The translations under genes were made by a program, and so were the position numbers. The notes under the pieces are model-generated. The model was not told where the DNA came from. It saw only the letters and a program-made list of their open reading frames with translations, and made no database searches. Of a stretch of 64,000 bases of DNA, positions 33,082-42,501 are shown in pieces; the first letter of the stretch is position 1, and each line of letters begins with the position of its first letter. Source of the DNA: Candidatus Parcubacteria bacterium. GTDB lineage: Bacteria > Patescibacteriota > Minisyncoccia > UBA6257 > 2-01-FULL-56-20. The stretch covers positions 93,758 through 157,757 of the forward strand of contig DAIDJL010000002.1 in the NCBI GenBank assembly GCA_027450205.1. Reading direction: 5' to 3'.

Positions 33082-33807
33082 TTATTCTTTTATTTTCCGC
33101 ACGATCACGAATGGCGTCATTTTGTTCCCCTGCCCCAATGGGTTGTCGAGCAGGATCTCACGCACTGTCTTCTTGTCCAACCCGACACCCCTGCTCACGC
33201 CCAAGACCTGCACGTCAATGTAATTCGCGTCCGCGGTCACGATCGGGATGCCCGTCTCGCGTTCCACGCGCTCGCAATCGCCCTGCGGATCCGGCGGCGG
33301 CAGGACGCCCCACTCGGTGTACGGATACATGTCCTCCGGAATAAATCCGTCGATCTCCGATACGCGATGCCCGGCGACGACCCAGAACCAGCCGCGCTTG
33401 CCGACCAGCTTCCCGACCGCGCCGACCCCGGCGGCAAGGATCATTCGCGGCGCGCCGACGATCTCGATCGCCACCTGCATCTTTTCCGGACGCGACCATG
33501 CGGTCATATTCTTATGCTTCTTAACGCCAAGCGTGATGAACCGCGCAAGCCATCCCACCTTGACGGTTGAGATATGGCGAACCAGATTTTGGGAGATGGA
33601 AACGATCTTTTCCGATACCGCCACCCAATCACCTTCACGATAATGGGGTTTGACGAACTCGTTGACGACATCCGGAAGCCCTTCGCCGAACGCGATCAGG
33701 CGCGGCACTTTGATGGGAAACCGCTCATACGTTACGCCACCCACCGTGATCGTTTCGCCGGGCTGAATGCCCGCCGGACTGTCCGCCGTGTTCTTGAATT
33801 TTGCCAT
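33082..33807 (-). CDS. F420-0:gamma-glutamyl ligase (CofE)-family protein of unknown role
   Basis: 241 aa; the C-terminal LLDNPLGQG resembles the CofE/F420_ligase fold. Confidence 0.5.
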   Translation of the reverse strand: MAKFKNTADSPAGIQPGETITVGGVTYERFPIKVPRLIAFGEGLPDVVNEFVKPHYREGDWVAVSEKIVSISQNLVRHISTVKVGWLARFITLGVKKHKNMTAWSRPEKMQVAIEIVGAPRMILAAGVGAVGKLVGKRGWFWVVAGHRVSEIDGFIPEDMYPYTEWGVLPPPDPQGDCERVERETGIPIVTADANYIDVQVLGVSRGVGLDKKTVREILLDNPLGQGNKMTPFVIVRKIKE

Positions 33808-33865
33808 AGGCCTCCATTATATCAACCGCCCCCCGCCAACGCAAAAATATTGCTACAATGATGGC

Positions 33866-34402
33866 ATGCCACTGTGGATACTCGTCTCGGCCGTACTCAT
33901 CCCCCAGGAATTCGCATCCAGCGCGATCGTGTTCATTATCGCGCTCCAGAACAATTTCCCGATCTGGGCGATCAATCTTATCTGGGTATGCACAACATCG
34001 CTTGACATGTACGTGGGCTACATGCTGGGAAAATTTACCGAAGAAAAACTGAAAGGGACGCGCTTTTTCAACTGGGTGGGACGATGGGTGGGAAAAGGCC
34101 GCGCCGAACTCGGCACGCGGGGAGAAAAATTATCACTTGCACTGCTGGGAATAATCGATTTCCCCTATGTCAACACATTCATCGGCGCATGGATCGGATT
34201 GCCGTTCAACATGTCGTTCTTCCTTACGCTCGCCGGCAATTTCGTATGGTACCTCTTCCTGTGGGGTACGGTGCTCGGCCTGAAGTCGTTCATTTCCAAC
34301 CCAAACATCATCATGCTCATCCTGATCGTCGGCGCGATCCTCTCACACTTTTTATTCAGGCTCTCCAGGTCAAAAAGGGATAGCTCTCAAGAAGGGTTAT
34401 AA
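33866..34402 (+). CDS. Hypothetical small integral membrane protein
   Basis: Start at MPLWIL preceded by TACAAT; 4-5 TM helices; 178 aa. Confidence 0.45.
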   Translation: MPLWILVSAVLIPQEFASSAIVFIIALQNNFPIWAINLIWVCTTSLDMYVGYMLGKFTEEKLKGTRFFNWVGRWVGKGRAELGTRGEKLSLALLGIIDFPYVNTFIGAWIGLPFNMSFFLTLAGNFVWYLFLWGTVLGLKSFISNPNIIMLILIVGAILSHFLFRLSRSKRDSSQEGL

Positions 34403-35366
34403 AAAGCGCGAGCGCGAGCGGGCCAAGCAGCAGCCCGATCGGGCCGAAGAACGATAATCCGCCAAGCACGGCGAAAAGCATGAGCATCGGATGGATCCTT
34501 TCCCTGCCACCCAAAAGCCGCGGACGAAGATATGCCTCGATACTGACCGACATCACGAACGTCCATGCGGTAAGCCCGACCGCTCCGGCGAGATTCCCCC
34601 CGAAATAAAGCACAAGTATCCCCGGCACGACGATGAGCAGGACGCCGATCCCCGGGATGAACGAGGCGACCGCGGTGACCACGCCCCACAGGATCGCGCT
34701 CCGCAGCCCAAAGATGAAAAATCCGACCCCGGTAAGAACGCCGTAAAGGAGCGCGACCACGATCGATCCGCGGATGACGGACGCCGCCATGCCATGCAGT
34801 CGCGTAAGGATCTCTTCCGCGTGCGCCGCGGGCAGCGGCCCGCGCTCGACGATCGCCGCGCGCAGGCGCGCACCGTCCTTCAAAAAATAATAGAGTGCGA
34901 AAAACGAGAGAAGGAGCGTTACCGCGCCGGCCAGCACCCCGGAAAATATCGGGCCGATGTCCGCGATCAAAAAGCCGAGCACCTGCTGGATATACGGCGC
35001 GAGGTCAATATTGAGCGACGGCAGAAAACTGCCGAACGCCGCGCGCGTCCGCGCGATCGCCGGCATGCCGCCACCGGACGAAAGCTGGAGATACAATCCC
35101 TGCGCTTCCGCGAACATCTGCAGCCCGAAGAACACGAGCGGTACGAGAATGATGGCGACGGCGAGGATGACGATGACCGCCGCAGCCACGCCGCTTCGGT
35201 CGCGCAGCGCCTTTTTGATCCGGACATATAACGGCTGGAACAGCACCGCCACGCTCACGCCAAGCACGATTGCATTCAGCTCCGGAAGAAAAATGAGCGC
35301 CACGAGCACCGCCGCCAAAAGAAGGATGCCGATGGAAAAATACGATTCCGAACGATCGGTTGCCAT
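34356..35366 (-). CDS. AI-2E family transporter (PerM/UPF0118)
   Basis: 336 aa with 7-8 TM helices in the typical AI-2E arrangement. Confidence 0.75.
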   Translation of the reverse strand: MATDRSESYFSIGILLLAAVLVALIFLPELNAIVLGVSVAVLFQPLYVRIKKALRDRSGVAAAVIVILAVAIILVPLVFFGLQMFAEAQGLYLQLSSGGGMPAIARTRAAFGSFLPSLNIDLAPYIQQVLGFLIADIGPIFSGVLAGAVTLLLSFFALYYFLKDGARLRAAIVERGPLPAAHAEEILTRLHGMAASVIRGSIVVALLYGVLTGVGFFIFGLRSAILWGVVTAVASFIPGIGVLLIVVPGILVLYFGGNLAGAVGLTAWTFVMSVSIEAYLRPRLLGGRERIHPMLMLFAVLGGLSFFGPIGLLLGPLALALFITLLESYPFLTWRA

Positions 35367-35455
35367 GGTTATATTCTATCATGCCGGTTGCGTTTTTGAT
35401 GACGGGGCATTATGGTGAAGGCAGCAGGGCAATCCCCTCGCGAAAGGAGCTGCGG

Positions 35456-35806
35456 ATGAGATTTATTCCAGGGAAAAGGTATCTCAAAATCCTCCTTTGG
35501 CGGGGGAGACGGGAATACAGCCTGTTTTTTTGGCTCAACGGAGGCGAAAGCAAGCCACACGACCACGACGTCAACGAGCGGACCTGGGTCCTCTGGGCCC
35601 GGGAGATCGGCATCTCCGAACAGCGCCAAGAGGGGAAGGATACGTATATCACAACCCTCTATCCGCGATGGACATCGTTCGCGGTCCCGGCGGGAACACG
35701 GCACGTCGTCAGGGCGCGACACTTCGCGATCACATTTAACGCATGTTCCGGCCCGCTCACCATGAGGATCCTGGACGACTTCAACCCTCCCATCCCGCCC
35801 GATTAA
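35456..35806 (+). CDS. Cupin domain protein
   Basis: GGESKPHDHDVNERTWVL fits cupin motif 1, with a second HxxxxR motif; AAAGGAG SD before the ATG at 35456. Confidence 0.55.
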   Translation: MRFIPGKRYLKILLWRGRREYSLFFWLNGGESKPHDHDVNERTWVLWAREIGISEQRQEGKDTYITTLYPRWTSFAVPAGTRHVVRARHFAITFNACSGPLTMRILDDFNPPIPPD

Positions 35807-35865
35807 ACGATCTGTCATTTATCGCTCCCGTCCGCCTTCCGCGGGCAGGAGCGATTTTTTTCCAT

Positions 35866-35908
35866 CCTTTAGTGAAAATAAAAAACCGCCCCGCCCCTTA
35901 AGGGCGCG
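35866..35908. terminator. Bidirectional Rho-independent terminator shared by the cupin gene (+) and csp (-)
   Basis: About 11-bp GC stem accgccccgccc/gggcgcggcggt with one mismatch, flanked by an A-run and a T-run. Confidence 0.6.
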
Positions 35909-35927
35909 GCGGTTTTTTCCGGTGATA

Positions 35928-36125
35928 CTATGCGCGGCTGACGTTCGTCGCGGCCGGGCCTTTCTCGCCTTCGGTAACCTCGAAAGTGACGACATCGCCA
36001 ACCTTAAGATCATCAAATGCGACACCATTCAACTCCTTGGAGTGGAAGAAGAGGTCCTTCGCTTCGCCATCGCGAGCGATGAAACCGAATCCACGGTCCG
36101 TAAGGGTCTTGATAGTTCCTTGCAT
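35928..36125 (-). CDS. cspA: Cold-shock protein (CspA family)
   Basis: MQGTIKTLTDRGFGFI ... RNP1/RNP2 motifs, 66 aa. Confidence 0.9.
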   Translation of the reverse strand: MQGTIKTLTDRGFGFIARDGEAKDLFFHSKELNGVAFDDLKVGDVVTFEVTEGEKGPAATNVSRA

Positions 36126-36185
36126 GATTGTAATTTGTATTGTTGCTTTTCTAGAAGTTCGACGACGTTTCTTTATTGCCTGATA

Positions 36186-36214
36186 ATAGTACTCCACTTC
36201 GCAAAATTTGTCAA
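36186..36214 (-). promoter_or_regulatory. Sigma70-like promoter TTGACA-17-TACTAT for csp, with an ~85-nt 5' UTR
   Basis: Minus-strand TTGACA (rc at 36209-36214) and TACTAT (rc at 36186-36191); a long leader is typical of csp genes. Confidence 0.5.
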
Positions 36215-36274
36215 GTAGGCGAAATAATAGCGGCCCTCCCACCGGGAAAGGCCGCCATTGCCGAAAATTCAGCC

Positions 36275-36583
36275 TCACACTTCCAACCTCCACGTCACAC
36301 GGAGTGCTCTTAAAACACTCAACGCCCTTCGCGCGATCGCGGAATTTTCCTCGTGGCGAAGGTGGCAACGGACAATAAATCTCCCAGGCGTTCCCATGTG
36401 ATACTCCACCTCGTCGATAACCGCTTCAACTCTGCACCTCTCTTCCCTGGAATCAAAGACCAGGACTAGCCCAACATAGGGAGCAAATGGGAGGTTAAAC
36501 TCCCGATCCCAAGTCATGGTTCCCTGAATTTCTCCAGGGAGTACGGCATTCTTTAATGAAAGAACGACCCTCGCTAAAAACAT
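36275..36583 (-). CDS. Hypothetical protein (102 aa)
   Basis: ORF with protein-like composition; no family recognised. Confidence 0.35.
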   Translation of the reverse strand: MFLARVVLSLKNAVLPGEIQGTMTWDREFNLPFAPYVGLVLVFDSREERCRVEAVIDEVEYHMGTPGRFIVRCHLRHEENSAIARRALSVLRALRVTWRLEV

Positions 36584-36687
36584 ATTTCACTCCTTTCACG
36601 CAAAACATATCATAGAAATAGTCGTTGAGTCAAAATTTGCGACGGGGCCGTGAAGACAAAGAGGATCGAATCATTTACTATAATCCT

Positions 36688-37965
36688 ATGGCCAAATTCG
36701 GCAGGAAGACAAAAAAGTTGCTCAAGCTCATGGGGCCCGGCCTCATCACGGGCGCGGCGGACGACGATCCGTCCGGCATCGCCACCTATACCCAGACCGG
36801 CGCTCAATTCGGTTATGGCCAATTATGGACCGCGTTCTACCTGCTCCCCTTCATGGTGGCGATCCAGGAAGCATGCGCCCGCATCGGCGCAGTGACCGGC
36901 AAAGGCATCGCGGCGGTCGTCAAGGAAAATTACAACAAGAAAATATTGTACGGCCTCCTCGGGCTCATCCTCGTCGCGAACACGATCAATATCGGTGCGG
37001 ACCTTGGCGCGATGGGCGCGGCGGCGCACCTGATCATCCCGGTCAACTTTACGCTCCTCACGCTTTTCTTCACCGCACTCATTCTCGTGCTCGAAATATT
37101 CGTATCATACAGGACATACGCAAGGATCCTGAAGTGGCTGGCGCTCGTATTGCTTTCATATCCGATCACCGTGTTCCTGGTCCACGAGCCCTGGGGAACG
37201 ATCCTCCGCGCGACATTCTTGCCGCATATCGAATTCACGTTCGCATTCCTGTTCATCATCACCGGCGTTCTTGGAACCACCATCTCGCCATATATGTTCT
37301 TCTGGGAAGCATCGGAGGAGGTGGAAGAGGAAAGGGAAAAACATTTAATAAAAGACGGCGCGGCAAAACCGACGCGCGCGTTCATGCGCCGCCTGCGCTG
37401 GGATAACTTTCTCGGTATGCTCTCGTCCGAAGTGGCGACGTGGTGCATCATCATCGTGGCGGCCACGGTGCTCAATGCGAACGGTGTGACGAACATCGGC
37501 ACCGCCGCGGACGCGGCGCGGGCGCTCGAGCCGCTCGTCCGAAGTTTCCCGGATGCGGGCCTCATTGCAAAATGGCTCTTTGCAATAGGCGTGATCGGGC
37601 TCGGACTTCTCGCCGTGCCGGTGCTTTCCGCGTCCGCATCATATGCGCTCTCCGAAACGCTGAACTGGAAGGAGGGGCTTAATATAAAGCTAAAGCACGC
37701 GCATGGCTTTTACGGCGTGATCACGATCGCCACGATCGTCGGGCTTATGATCAACTTCATCGGGATCAATCCCATCAAAGCGCTCGTCTTCACCGCGGTG
37801 TTCAACGGCGTCGCGGCAGTACCGCTCATCTTCATCATCGCGCGCATGGCGGCCGACAAAAAGATCATGGGCGAACACAGGAGCGGCTGGCTTTCGAACA
37901 TTTTCGTCTGGGCGACATTCGTACTGATGGGCGCGGCGGCGGTCGCGATGTTCGCGACGCTGTAG
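36688..37965 (+). CDS. mntH: NRAMP-family divalent metal (Mn2+/Fe2+) transporter
   Basis: GPGLITGAADDDPSGIATY hallmark. The ATG at 36688 directly follows TATAAT and may be leaderless; an alternative TTG start at 36625 exists. Confidence 0.85.
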   Translation: MAKFGRKTKKLLKLMGPGLITGAADDDPSGIATYTQTGAQFGYGQLWTAFYLLPFMVAIQEACARIGAVTGKGIAAVVKENYNKKILYGLLGLILVANTINIGADLGAMGAAAHLIIPVNFTLLTLFFTALILVLEIFVSYRTYARILKWLALVLLSYPITVFLVHEPWGTILRATFLPHIEFTFAFLFIITGVLGTTISPYMFFWEASEEVEEEREKHLIKDGAAKPTRAFMRRLRWDNFLGMLSSEVATWCIIIVAATVLNANGVTNIGTAADAARALEPLVRSFPDAGLIAKWLFAIGVIGLGLLAVPVLSASASYALSETLNWKEGLNIKLKHAHGFYGVITIATIVGLMINFIGINPIKALVFTAVFNGVAAVPLIFIIARMAADKKIMGEHRSGWLSNIFVWATFVLMGAAAVAMFATL

Positions 37966-38009
37966 GCAGCAACCACAGAAGGGCGCAGCACCGCTCTTTG
38001 GTCCATTTT

Positions 38010-39593
38010 TTATTTTCCGTAGACGGAATGAACTTCGATCGGCAGGTCGGTGAACCGCGCCACCATCACCGGGATCTCCGGCGCGACAATTCCCCATCGC
38101 TTCACGAACGCAGAAGCTTTTTCATAATCGCCCTCAAGCTGGATCTTCAAAAACTCTTCGCTCAACCCCATCATCGCCGCAAGGGTCTTTTGGGGGTCGA
38201 TATCGAACATCCCCTTGGCTTCGTCGTAATTCACCGCGCCGTGATGCTTCATCCAATTATATTCAATGAGCGATCCTTTGGCGTGCGCCTCGGCGTAATT
38301 GACACGCCATCCCGGCAAAAAAGCGGCGACCTCGTAAACGGCGCAACCTAAAAGCTCCTCTCGCGTCAGAAGCCCCTTCTTTTGAAAATGATCAAGCAGC
38401 GCAACCCCGAGCATATCCGCCTTTGCTTCTTCAAGCGCAGAATGCAGATCTTTCAGCAGTACCTCAAAGCCGACCTCTCTTCCATTCACCTCCCGCGTTC
38501 CGGGACCGATGCCGTGCGCGAGTTCGTGGCCAAGCACAAAGAGTAAACGATGGCGGGACTGCATTCCTTTGAATGCATCGGCGCGCAAAACCCGTTCTGC
38601 GATAGGGCGCGTTAGAGCGTTGAATTTTGCGTCCATCATTGTTTTGGAAAAGACCTTCTTTGACCCTTTTGCTTCATGGATCTTCCGATTGTTCGGTAAA
38701 TTGTATGCAACAAACTGCCTGCCAAACGCCGCTTCGCCACCGCGATACACGTCATGAACGATTTCCATCGGCGACGCGGCGCCTTTTGCCTTGTATCCAA
38801 AACGCTTTGCGAGCAGAGCGTCGAATTCCGGCAGCGCGGCGGCGAATTTTTGCAGCTCCGCACCGGCCACACGATCCGGCATGGCGATGAACGCCTCAAA
38901 TGTCGCCTTGATGCCGAATAATCCGTCGGCATAGACCTCATATGGCCCGATCGTCACTTCGAAAGGGCTGCCATCCGTATCGATCCACGCAATATCGCTT
39001 TCCCAATAATCATTGGAAAGGAACGCGTCCGCGCGAAGCAAGAGGAATTTTTTAAGGGTGCCTTCGGGCAGCAACGCCGCGGCCGCGCGGAGCTCCGCCG
39101 CCGCCGGTTCGAGAAATTCTTTATACGCCTCGCTGTACGGAACGGCGATGAGCGCGCCTTCCCTTCGCCGTATAACGGTATAGTTGCTCTCAAAGCTTTC
39201 CCGGTCTTCCGGATGCGCCGCAAGCCAGTCGTTCCATTCCGCTTCCGTAAGGTCGGCAGGATAGAATGCGCCCGCCTTCGGCTTTGCGCCGATACCCGGC
39301 ACGAACGGCCTATCCTCGTTGAAACCGTCCCACGGCCCGCCGTTCAGGTCGAAATATTTCGCGAGGACGATACCTTCTTCGTCCGCGCGTGCGGCAAGCG
39401 CCGCGCGGAGTTCCAGATTTTTCGGGTCCATCTGCGCCAGGTAAAGATCGGTCAATATCTTTGCCGCCGCGACGCAGTGATCCAATGCCGCACGCTCGCT
39501 CTCCGTAAGCGCTGAAAGGTCCGGCGCAACATCAACGAACGCGATCCTGCCAAGTGATTCTTTTAATTCCGCTTCCCAATCCCTTGAAGACAT
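38010..39593 (-). CDS. M49 (dipeptidyl-peptidase III)-like zinc metallopeptidase
   Basis: HELAHGIG and EEAKAD zinc-binding motifs, 527 aa. Confidence 0.6.
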   Translation of the reverse strand: MSSRDWEAELKESLGRIAFVDVAPDLSALTESERAALDHCVAAAKILTDLYLAQMDPKNLELRAALAARADEEGIVLAKYFDLNGGPWDGFNEDRPFVPGIGAKPKAGAFYPADLTEAEWNDWLAAHPEDRESFESNYTVIRRREGALIAVPYSEAYKEFLEPAAAELRAAAALLPEGTLKKFLLLRADAFLSNDYWESDIAWIDTDGSPFEVTIGPYEVYADGLFGIKATFEAFIAMPDRVAGAELQKFAAALPEFDALLAKRFGYKAKGAASPMEIVHDVYRGGEAAFGRQFVAYNLPNNRKIHEAKGSKKVFSKTMMDAKFNALTRPIAERVLRADAFKGMQSRHRLLFVLGHELAHGIGPGTREVNGREVGFEVLLKDLHSALEEAKADMLGVALLDHFQKKGLLTREELLGCAVYEVAAFLPGWRVNYAEAHAKGSLIEYNWMKHHGAVNYDEAKGMFDIDPQKTLAAMMGLSEEFLKIQLEGDYEKASAFVKRWGIVAPEIPVMVARFTDLPIEVHSVYGK

Positions 39594-39614
39594 ATTATTA
39601 ATATCCTATAGAAG

Positions 39615-39635
39615 AGTTTTCCATTAAGCTCAACC
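39615..39635. repeat. Copy 1 (partial) of the AGTTTTCCATTCCGCTCAAC intergenic repeat family
   Basis: agttttccattaagctcaacc; on the minus strand it lies about 40 nt upstream of the M49 peptidase start. Confidence 0.5.
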
Positions 39636-40696
39636 TAAGGGAATAGTCCCTGCTGTGCCTTCAATCCTTCTTTCAAGGCTCGATTGATCATAAAATCAAT
39701 ATTCTCATTGGTATTGATCGCTTCAATTTTCGTATCCGGATTATGAATCCGCCAGACTCTGAAGATCTCATCTCCAAACCCTTGCCCGATTGATTTGATA
39801 TGGGCAAAATCAAGAACCACTTTTTTAAATCGCTCAAGGCCGGTCATAATACGCCGCGCCTGTGAACGAGAAATATAAAGTGTCCCCATTTTATAAAGCT
39901 TGACTGCAACCTTGGTTTTATCGAATTCATATGAGCTCGTGCTGTATTCCCCGAAAACCTTTTCAAGATCTCTATCGGAGTCCAAAGAGATGTTGAAGAT
40001 AACCTTCGTGCCCCGCCGATTTTTAATATCACGCACAAAAACATCATCGACAATATTGTTGAACGTCAATTCTTTATTCGAACTTTTAATAGTGAACGCA
40101 TCAGCAACTTTTGAAGTAAAAAATATTCCTTCTCCGGTATGATGTTCTGGATCAGTGGTTTCTTTTCCCTTTAGAAGATCCTGTATGGCCTCAAGTTCAT
40201 TCCTCAATCCACGTTTCGTCATGATGTGATGGAAAATACCGACACCAAGATCATTTATTTCGAAACGAAATTGCCCTTTATCACGGCGGACCAATAATTC
40301 GATGTCTTTTGATTGGGAGTGCTCTATCGCATTATTGAGCATTTCAGTAAAAGCGTATGCGGTAATTCTAAGGATATTGTCCGGAAGATCGATAAAAATC
40401 CCCGTGTCTCTTTTGAGAGCATCAAGTACCACATCCTCCGAGAGGCCTTCATTGTGCAAAAATCGATGGAACTGCTTTACTTTCTTTCTTGCTTTAAGAA
40501 GCGCCCCCTTTTCGGCAATAACATAGACTGCCTGATTGGCCCTCCCTAAAAGAGCGATCCTTCCCTCTTCCCTGAGCTCTTTTAGGAAGCGATGGAGATA
40601 CTGCTTGCTTATATTCAAACGCCCTTCGAGGCGTTTAGCCCGTATCTCTTTCTCGGTCTTTATAATATCCAGTATTTTCTGCTTAAGCGGGGTCAT
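39635..40696 (-). CDS. wHTH - HATPase_c-like - STAS-like (DUF4325) three-domain protein
   Basis: N-terminal LNISKQYLHRFLKELREEGRI (wHTH); central NNAIEHS ... DLGVGI (GHKL ATPase N- and G-boxes); C-terminal DUF4325-like region; 353 aa. Confidence 0.55.
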   Translation of the reverse strand: MTPLKQKILDIIKTEKEIRAKRLEGRLNISKQYLHRFLKELREEGRIALLGRANQAVYVIAEKGALLKARKKVKQFHRFLHNEGLSEDVVLDALKRDTGIFIDLPDNILRITAYAFTEMLNNAIEHSQSKDIELLVRRDKGQFRFEINDLGVGIFHHIMTKRGLRNELEAIQDLLKGKETTDPEHHTGEGIFFTSKVADAFTIKSSNKELTFNNIVDDVFVRDIKNRRGTKVIFNISLDSDRDLEKVFGEYSTSSYEFDKTKVAVKLYKMGTLYISRSQARRIMTGLERFKKVVLDFAHIKSIGQGFGDEIFRVWRIHNPDTKIEAINTNENIDFMINRALKEGLKAQQGLFP

Positions 40697-40769
40697 ATTG
40701 TTTACAACTTTATCCTATATCTAAAAACAAAAGTTGTAAACTAGTTGTATACAAGGGCAATAGATGGGG

Positions 40770-40793
40770 AGTTTTCCATTCCGCCCAACTCCC
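40770..40793. repeat. Copy 2 of the intergenic repeat family
   Basis: agttttccattccgcccaactccc. Confidence 0.55.
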
Positions 40794-40911
40794 AGATACC
40801 ACGGAATGACGCTGGAAGATTTATTAAGGGATTATATAAACTTTGCTATATTTAAAAACTATGTTATAATTGCCTCGTTCTCAACCGATCTTTGTAATGA
40901 GAGGAGTCAAG

Positions 40912-41433
40912 ATGCTGAAGTCAAAAGTTGGGATAGTCTTTGAGGAAAAACAGATTCTTACCCCAAGCAACATCGCAGCCTCAAAAAAACGTGCGGCAAC
41001 CAATAAGAGGGTGCGGGTCGAGCCGAAATCCGACATGGAGCTTCTGACGGATTTCTTTGTTCAGGGATCGTACCATTACGAGATCATTCCGGACATCTCC
41101 GAGGGCCATCTCACATTCGCGGCAGACATGATCGTGCTTCCACATCGCACAAAAATAATACCTTCCGGTATCAACCCTGGCGAACGAGCGCATATGATGA
41201 ATGATGAAGATTATGTCGTTCGTCTGGTTCCAATATCCGGACGGGTAAAACAAGTTAAGGTCAATGGCTCTGGAACGGTAACAAAATCCTTTTGCCGAGT
41301 ATGGGAGATATCCTCTGCCAAGGCGTGGTATCTGTACATATTTTTCGAGGTTCCGCCAAATCCCCTTGGCCCAATTGAAATCCCGGAGGATTTCAGAAAA
41401 TACCGGGAGTTAAAACTGCCCAGGGGAAGCTAG
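40912..41433 (+). CDS. Hypothetical protein (173 aa)
   Basis: GAGAGGAG SD then the ATG at 40912 (MLKSKVGIV...); no family recognised. Confidence 0.4.
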   Translation: MLKSKVGIVFEEKQILTPSNIAASKKRAATNKRVRVEPKSDMELLTDFFVQGSYHYEIIPDISEGHLTFAADMIVLPHRTKIIPSGINPGERAHMMNDEDYVVRLVPISGRVKQVKVNGSGTVTKSFCRVWEISSAKAWYLYIFFEVPPNPLGPIEIPEDFRKYRELKLPRGS

Positions 41434-41513
41434 GTGCTGCAGGGATTCGGACTCTCCGCCAAGTAGCGAAATGCGAACGGCGGTTTTTTTATTTTGCGGC
41501 GGACGAACAAATA

Positions 41514-41569
41514 AGTTTTCCATTCCACTCAACTCCCCCTCCTTTGGCCAAATTCAGCAAACTCAAATA
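41514..41569. repeat. Copy 3 of the intergenic repeat family (long form)
   Basis: agttttccattccactcaactccccctcctttggccaaattcagcaaactcaaata. Confidence 0.6.
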
Positions 41570-41760
41570 GCCCAATATTCATAAGGAAATCGGGCTCTTT
41601 TGATCCGGCTCTTCCGGTCAAGTGGAAGCGGGCGGAAGCTCACGCGCTCACTGCGTTCGCTTTTGAGAACCCGCGGTTCTCAATACTCTCCTACACGGGA
41701 GGGGCAGCCTGCCCCTCCCGACCCCACCCCTCGTTCGATTCCGTCTACATCGAGCGATAG

Positions 41761-41825
41761 AAAATAAAACAGGCATGTTCGCCGAACGGTCCATCTTGGG
41801 GAGGCGAACATGCCTGTTTTATTTT
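41761..41825. terminator. Long perfect inverted repeat acting as a bidirectional terminator-like hairpin
   Basis: 16-bp arms aacaggcatgttcgcc / ggcgaacatgcctgtt with a 19-nt loop, flanked by an A-run and a T-run. Confidence 0.5.
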
Positions 41826-41937
41826 CTATGGTGGAGCTGACCGGACTGACTGGCAAACTCTAGTAAACGAATTATATATTCAAGTGAAACTAATGGCGGT
41901 AATGTCCTAATGGCGGATGCTCCGAGATCCAAAATAG

Positions 41938-42465
41938 CTAGCCCTGAAAACCAGCTAACATATAAACAAGGAGCATTGCGGCGAAATATAACACTGAAAG
42001 AATGATAAAAATGATACCTGCGGTTTTAGCCACCACAGATTGGCGGCGGATCATTATGATCGATAGCAATAGGACAAGCGCGTTTATCCAAAATCCCATG
42101 GTGGCAATATATAACGGGATGGAGAATCCTGGATGAGCGGCTTTATATGTCCCATTGAGAATCGGCGGCAAGATAACCCCGGCTAAAAATACGAGCGCTG
42201 TGACAATTATTTCTCTGACGCTTGATGAAACGATTTGTGACGGCTGGGATTGTATGATTGTTTCTTTTTTCGCCGGAATAAATGCCATTACCGAACCCAC
42301 TATCATAAGGATCGGTATCCCAACATAGGAAAAGAATATGAGCATCACTCCGATCTTCTGCAAAAAAACAATCCCTGACGCGCCGCCAATCATTGCACAT
42401 ACGTCAAGAGCAAACCATAGGAAGGCAAGGCCCAACAGTCTTTTCCCAATCCTCTCCTGACTCAT
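41938..42465 (-). CDS. Hypothetical polytopic membrane protein (175 aa)
   Basis: 5-6 TM helices; upstream TTGGAT-16-TAGAAT promoter-like sequence embedded in repeat copy 4. Confidence 0.45.
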   Translation of the reverse strand: MSQERIGKRLLGLAFLWFALDVCAMIGGASGIVFLQKIGVMLIFFSYVGIPILMIVGSVMAFIPAKKETIIQSQPSQIVSSSVREIIVTALVFLAGVILPPILNGTYKAAHPGFSIPLYIATMGFWINALVLLLSIIMIRRQSVVAKTAGIIFIILSVLYFAAMLLVYMLAGFQG

Positions 42466-42501
42466 AGATAAATTCTAGCAAATTAAGGCGGAAATCCAAA
42501 A

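Noticed and set aside
36825-38097. ORFs antisense or out of frame to mntH (36825..37406, 36930..37565, 37690..38097)
   Set aside because: They overlap the NRAMP gene, which carries the diagnostic GPGLITGAADDDPSGIATY motif; the compositions are artefactual.
41398-41515. 38-codon ORF (MENLFVRPPQNKK...) starting inside repeat copy 3 with an AAGGAGG upstream
   Set aside because: It overlaps the 3' end of the convergent 40912..41433 gene and ends inside it. The SD-like sequence is part of the repeat consensus (also present in copy 4, where the frame terminates after 35 codons), so it is probably fortuitous.
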